From: an uncultured Solirubrobacteraceae bacterium
GTDB taxonomy: Bacteria > Actinomycetota > Thermoleophilia > Solirubrobacterales > Solirubrobacteraceae
Direction: 5' to 3'
Assembly (NCBI GenBank): GCA_963723325.1
Contig: CAVRQK010000018.1
Span: 78,368 to 142,367 of the forward strand
DNA: 64,000 nucleotides
Under the pieces are notes generated by a model. The model saw only the letters and a program-made list of their open reading frames with translations, did not search any database and was not told where the DNA came from. Each line of letters begins with the position of its first letter. The stretch's first letter is position 1. Made by a program: the position numbers and the translations under genes. Positions 59,994-64,000 of this stretch are shown piece after piece.

Positions 59994-60022
59994 CCGCTCA
60001 GCCTAAGCGGCCGCCAAGACGC

Positions 60023-60297
60023 TCAGCCCATCAGCATCCAGCAGTTTTCCGTCCAGTAGAAGCGATTGGGGCCGCTCATCAGCCTGCTGGGGAGATCCAG
60101 CGTGGCGTAGTCGCCGCGCACGCTTCCCCGCCGTTGTGCGTCAGCTCCGCCGTCACAAAGCGGGTCGCCGCCCTGCGCACCCATGCGATCTGTTCCGCCG
60201 TGCCCACCGAGTGGGCCGCCAGCGCGCTCGCCGGCGCCAACAGCGCAGCGCCGCACACCAGCGTTGCCATCGTGGAGCGAAACCGCATGGACGCCAT
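60023..60297 (-). pseudogene. secreted hypothetical protein, frame broken near 60120
   Basis: Signal peptide in one frame; plausible C-terminus NRFYWTENCWMLMG in another. Confidence 0.45.
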
Positions 60298-60298
60298 G

Positions 60299-61390
60299 CT
60301 AACCCGCCGTCACCCCGCCGGTGCCCACAGTGGACACACTGGCAGCCGGCGCCGATGCGCCACCCTGCGGGGAGTTCGTCGGGGTGGGGGCCGGCGGTGC
60401 AGCCGGCGCCGCTTCCGTGCCCGACGGCTGGCCCGCCGACGGCGCAACCCCGCTCACATCCGGCTCGGCGGTAACGCGCGCTCCGCGCTTCACGCTGAAG
60501 AACGCCCACGTGCTCGTCAGCCCCAGTCTGCCCGCCAGTTCCGGGCCGCTCACCTTGCTCGCTCCTCGCGAGCCCAGCACCTCCGCTGACACGATCCGTG
60601 GCGACACGCCCCGCCTGAGCACCTCGATGCCGCGCAACGAGCCCTTCACCAGCCCGCTCAAGCGCGCCGCCGCCGCCGTGAAGCCGAGGCTCAGCTTCCA
60701 GCTGGACGCCTTCGTTTCATACGCGTCCGGCACGCCCACCAGCCACGGCTCCGCTTCCGCGCCCACGAACGAGTCGGCGATGTTCTCCGTCATGCCGCCC
60801 GAGCTGGCAAAGAAGTACGTCGTCACCGGCTGGCCCGCGTAATCCACAACCTGCCCCGCCGTGGCCGCCACCGCCGCGTTGCTGCTGGCAGTTTCCGCCG
60901 CCACGCCCAGGTACATCTGCGAGCGCGTGTCCGAGTACACGTTGAAACGCGACCCGCCCGCATGCGACGTCAACGCGTAGGAGCGGCTGGCGATCGCCTG
61001 CGCCTCCAGCGCCGCCAGCGGCCAGCTGGACGGCATCTCCGCCGCCACCACCCCGCGCACGTAACGTTCGATCGGCACGCTCACCACCCTGTTGCCCTCC
61101 AGCACCTTGATCACCGCATGCGCCGGAGCCTGCCCGATGGTGGTGCCCGTGTAGTAGTGCGCCAGGATCGCCGCATCGCTCCAGCCGTGCTGCGCATAGC
61201 CGAGCGCTCCCTCCTGGCTCATGCCCACCCCGTGCCCGTCGCCCGCGCCTTCTATCAGCAGCGTCGACGCGCTCGCCGGAGCGGCCCACAGCGCCAGCGC
61301 CGCGGCCGCTCCCAGCAGCAGTCGTGCCAACCCACTTCGCGCGCCCTGTTGGGCGCCTGCGCGGTGATAGGTTGACGTGATGGTCGACAT
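60299..61390 (-). CDS. SpoIID/LytB domain secreted protein
   Basis: GHGVGMSQ.GA; YVRGVVAAEMP.SW..AALEAQAIA.RSY; Q.Y.G. Confidence 0.88.
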   Translation of the reverse strand: MSTITSTYHRAGAQQGARSGLARLLLGAAAALALWAAPASASTLLIEGAGDGHGVGMSQEGALGYAQHGWSDAAILAHYYTGTTIGQAPAHAVIKVLEGNRVVSVPIERYVRGVVAAEMPSSWPLAALEAQAIASRSYALTSHAGGSRFNVYSDTRSQMYLGVAAETASSNAAVAATAGQVVDYAGQPVTTYFFASSGGMTENIADSFVGAEAEPWLVGVPDAYETKASSWKLSLGFTAAAARLSGLVKGSLRGIEVLRRGVSPRIVSAEVLGSRGASKVSGPELAGRLGLTSTWAFFSVKRGARVTAEPDVSGVAPSAGQPSGTEAAPAAPPAPTPTNSPQGGASAPAASVSTVGTGGVTAG

Positions 61391-61492
61391 GACTTCAAAC
61401 AGCAACCCGCGCCGCGCGTCAAGGTCGCGCAGTCCCGAGGAGCCGATAGACAGATGTTCGGTCGCTCACAAGCTGTGGCTGAGGCCTGCACG

Positions 61493-62959
61493 ATGACTGG
61501 CGCGCCCCACGAGCGCGCCGTCCTCGAGCGGGTGCCCACCGAGCTGTTCATCGGCGGGCATTGGCGCGGGGCCAGCGGCGGCGGAACGCTCGCCGTGGAG
61601 GACCCCGCCACCGGTGAGCCGCTGATCCACGTCGCCGACGCCCAGCCACAGGACGCGCTCGCCGCGCTCGACGCCGCCGCTGCCGCGCAGGGCGAGTGGG
61701 GCGTGCACCCGCCGCGCGAGCGCGGCGAGATCCTGCGCCGCGCGTATCAAGCGATCGTCGATCAGGCCGACGAGCTGGCGCTGCTGATGACGCTTGAGAT
61801 GGGCAAGGCGCTGGCAGAGTCCAAGGCCGAGATCGCCTACGCCGCCGAGTTCTTCCGCTGGTTCTCCGAGGAGGCCGTGCGCATACACGGCCGCTACATG
61901 GTCAACACCACCGGCAACGGCCGCATCCTCACCATGCGCCAGCCCGTCGGCCCGTGCGTGTTCGTCACCCCCTGGAACTTCCCCACCGCCATGGGTACCC
62001 GCAAGATCGCCCCCGCCATCGCCGCCGGCTGCACCATGGTGGTAAAGCCCGCCCAGCAGACGCCGCTATCCATGCTCGCGCTGGCCAAGATCCTGCAGGA
62101 GGCAGGGCTGCCCGACGGCGTGCTCAACGTCATCACCGCCAAGCGCTCCGGCGAGGTGATCGAACCGCTGCTCAAGGACCCGCGCACGCGCAAGCTGTCG
62201 TTCACCGGCTCCACCGAGGTGGGACGCAAGCTGATCGAACAGTCCGCCCAGCAGGTGCTGCGCGTGTCCATGGAGCTCGGCGGCAACGCCCCCTTCCTGG
62301 TGTTCGCCGACGCCGACCTCGACGCCGCGCTCGACGGCGCCATGCTGGCCAAGATGCGCAACGTCGGCGAGGCCTGCACCGCCGCCAACCGCTTCCACGT
62401 GCACCAGTCCGTCGCCGAGCAGTTCGCCGCCGGGCTGGCCGAGCGCATGGGCAGGCTCAAGCTCGGCCGCGGCACCCAGCCCGACGTCGACGTCGGGCCG
62501 CTGATCGACAGCGCACAGCGCGACAAGGTCACCGAGCTCGTCGACGATGCCGTCGGCCGCGGTGCCCAGGTCCTCACCGGCGGAGCGCAGCTCGACGGCG
62601 CCGGCTACTTCTTCCAGCCCACCGTGCTCAGCGGTGTGCCCGATGACGCACGCCTGCTCAGCGAGGAGATCTTCGGGCCGGTCGCGCCTGTGGCCACGTT
62701 CGCCACTGACGAGCAGGCGCTGGCGGCCGCCAACCGCACCGAGTACGGCCTGGTGGCCTACGTGTACACCCGCGACCTCGAGCGTGCCTTCCGCGTGTGC
62801 GAGGGCCTGGACACCGGCATGATCGGACTCAACCAGGGCGTCGTGTCAAACGCCGCCGCCCCCTTCGGCGGCGTCAAGCAGTCCGGCTTCGGGCGCGAGG
62901 GCGGCTTCGAGGGCATCTCCGAGTACCTCGAGACCAAGTACGTGGCGCTGGCGCTCTGA
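61493..62959 (+). CDS. gabD: NAD(P)-dependent succinate-semialdehyde dehydrogenase
   Basis: TPWNFP, FTGSTEVG, MELGGNAP, RNVGEACT, EEIFGP and PFGGVKQSG. Confidence 0.88.
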   Translation: MTGAPHERAVLERVPTELFIGGHWRGASGGGTLAVEDPATGEPLIHVADAQPQDALAALDAAAAAQGEWGVHPPRERGEILRRAYQAIVDQADELALLMTLEMGKALAESKAEIAYAAEFFRWFSEEAVRIHGRYMVNTTGNGRILTMRQPVGPCVFVTPWNFPTAMGTRKIAPAIAAGCTMVVKPAQQTPLSMLALAKILQEAGLPDGVLNVITAKRSGEVIEPLLKDPRTRKLSFTGSTEVGRKLIEQSAQQVLRVSMELGGNAPFLVFADADLDAALDGAMLAKMRNVGEACTAANRFHVHQSVAEQFAAGLAERMGRLKLGRGTQPDVDVGPLIDSAQRDKVTELVDDAVGRGAQVLTGGAQLDGAGYFFQPTVLSGVPDDARLLSEEIFGPVAPVATFATDEQALAAANRTEYGLVAYVYTRDLERAFRVCEGLDTGMIGLNQGVVSNAAAPFGGVKQSGFGREGGFEGISEYLETKYVALAL

Positions 62960-62986
62960 GCGGCCGGCCAGATAGTCGGTGGTCGG

Positions 62987-63643
62987 TTAGCGGATCAGCC
63001 AGCGCGGACGCTGGCCGGACGCATAGGTCGTGGCAGCTGCGGTCGCCACCGAGGGCCGAGCGGCAGCGATCACTTCCCTGGCGCGATCGATCCCTGCCAC
63101 GTCCCGGTCGAACACCGGCACACAGAATCCGTCGGGCTGCGACCATGCGGCAGAGGGGACCAGGATCGCCTGCCATTCCAAGAGCGACGCCAGCTTCGCC
63201 AGCTCTGGACAATCGCCATACGCGGGTCCGTCGGCCGTGAAGCTGGCCGTGTCAAAGCCAGATCTGCCCAAAAGGGTGGAGGCCCATTCGCTCGTGAGGT
63301 CCGCGAGCCGCTCGAACGTCAAGGTGAACTCGAAAAGGGCTCGAGCGCTCACCGCCAGCTCCAGCCCGCCGAGCGCCACCAACCCGGCGTCATCGAGACC
63401 CACGCCCCCCGTGGGGTCTGCGTTGGCCACGTCGGTCGCGTGGTTGCGACAGTACTCAGCCCACGCCACAGCTGCCGTCGTGGCCGTGTACAGCGTCCAA
63501 TCCGTGGGCCACCGACCCTCGCGGCGGACGAATAGGGGATTCGGTGGCGCACCATCTGGTGGCAGCCATACGTGGCGGTAATAGACGGTGAGAGTTGTGC
63601 GCAGGACTGGAAGCTGGCGCAGCGGCGCGAGATCGAGTGGCAC
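62987..63643 (-). CDS. RES-domain putative toxin
   Basis: YYRH (R), AWAEY (E) and ILVPSAA (S). Confidence 0.7.
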   Translation of the reverse strand: MPLDLAPLRQLPVLRTTLTVYYRHVWLPPDGAPPNPLFVRREGRWPTDWTLYTATTAAVAWAEYCRNHATDVANADPTGGVGLDDAGLVALGGLELAVSARALFEFTLTFERLADLTSEWASTLLGRSGFDTASFTADGPAYGDCPELAKLASLLEWQAILVPSAAWSQPDGFCVPVFDRDVAGIDRAREVIAAARPSVATAAATTYASGQRPRWLIR

Positions 63644-63647
63644 AGTC

Positions 63648-63980
63648 TTATGTGGACGGCGAGCCTTCGTATGCGCGCGCTTCCGCGACAACGCCCTCAA
63701 CATCGCCAGCGGCAAGTCGTTCCAGTCGAGTTGGTTCACCGGCCGTGAACCACCGCTGAACGCCTGCCGGGCCGAGGCCTCCGACAAGGCTCAGCCCGAT
63801 CGAGCGCAGCCTTTGGAAGAACTCCTCACGATGCTGGGGGACGCTCCCAGCCCGCCAGCTCGCCACAGCTCGCTCGCTCACGCGAGTGGCCTGTGCGATT
63901 TGCCCGAGCGTCAGGCCGGTTACAGCGCGAGCGTCCTCAAGGAGCACGCCGGTCAGCTCGGGCACCATCGGCCTTGCCAC
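63648..63980 (-). CDS. Xre/MbcA/ParS-like antitoxin (may extend beyond the window)
   Basis: HTH GLTLGQIAQATRVSERAVASW; GVQRWF C-terminal segment; upstream of RES gene. Confidence 0.65.
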   Translation of the reverse strand: MARPMVPELTGVLLEDARAVTGLTLGQIAQATRVSERAVASWRAGSVPQHREEFFQRLRSIGLSLVGGLGPAGVQRWFTAGEPTRLERLAAGDVEGVVAEARAYEGSPST

Positions 63981-64000
63981 CGTAATCGCCGGGACCTTCC

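Noticed and set aside
61447-61460. LexA-like site TAGAC-AGAT-GTTCG between spoIID-like and gabD
   Set aside because: Only one good half-site, and the flanking genes are not DNA-repair related

Overview
High-GC bacterial chromosomal window. Gene content and pervasive leaderless TANNNT promoters suggest an actinobacterium, probably Thermoleophilia/Solirubrobacterales-like (inference). The core backbone comprises purA; dnaB coupled to a DnaC/IstB-like ATPase; rpsF-(fatty acid hydroxylase)-ssb-rpsR-rplI; treT-otsA; thiL; infA; a class A PBP; pyrE; galT; an SF2 helicase; a sirC-ccmABCD-hemA-hemC-cobA/hemD-birA run; rarA; an Opp/Dpp ABC transporter with an M20 peptidase; ftsH-like; mce; ychF; and gabD. 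Accessory DNA includes an integrase-less island between tRNA-Arg(CCT) and a 41-bp copy of its 3' half, preceded by a triplicated anticodon-loop core, plus about seven toxin-antitoxin-type modules. The most interesting candidates are: (i) a catalytically degenerate M28/GAA1-like membrane protein in an operon with a class E sortase, near a PIG-V-like mannosyltransferase and a CPBP protease, possibly a glycolipid-anchoring system; (ii) a LexA-boxed dnaB plus phage-type loader; (iii) the tRNA island and its att repeats; (iv) a multi-hairpin leader before a helicase carrying a long acidic insert; (v) three operators at 33-bp spacing before the mobile mystery genes; (vi) a pseudo-ALDH. Several housekeeping genes carry single-base frameshifts that are most likely sequencing or assembly errors. 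No database searches were run; all family calls come from motif recognition.
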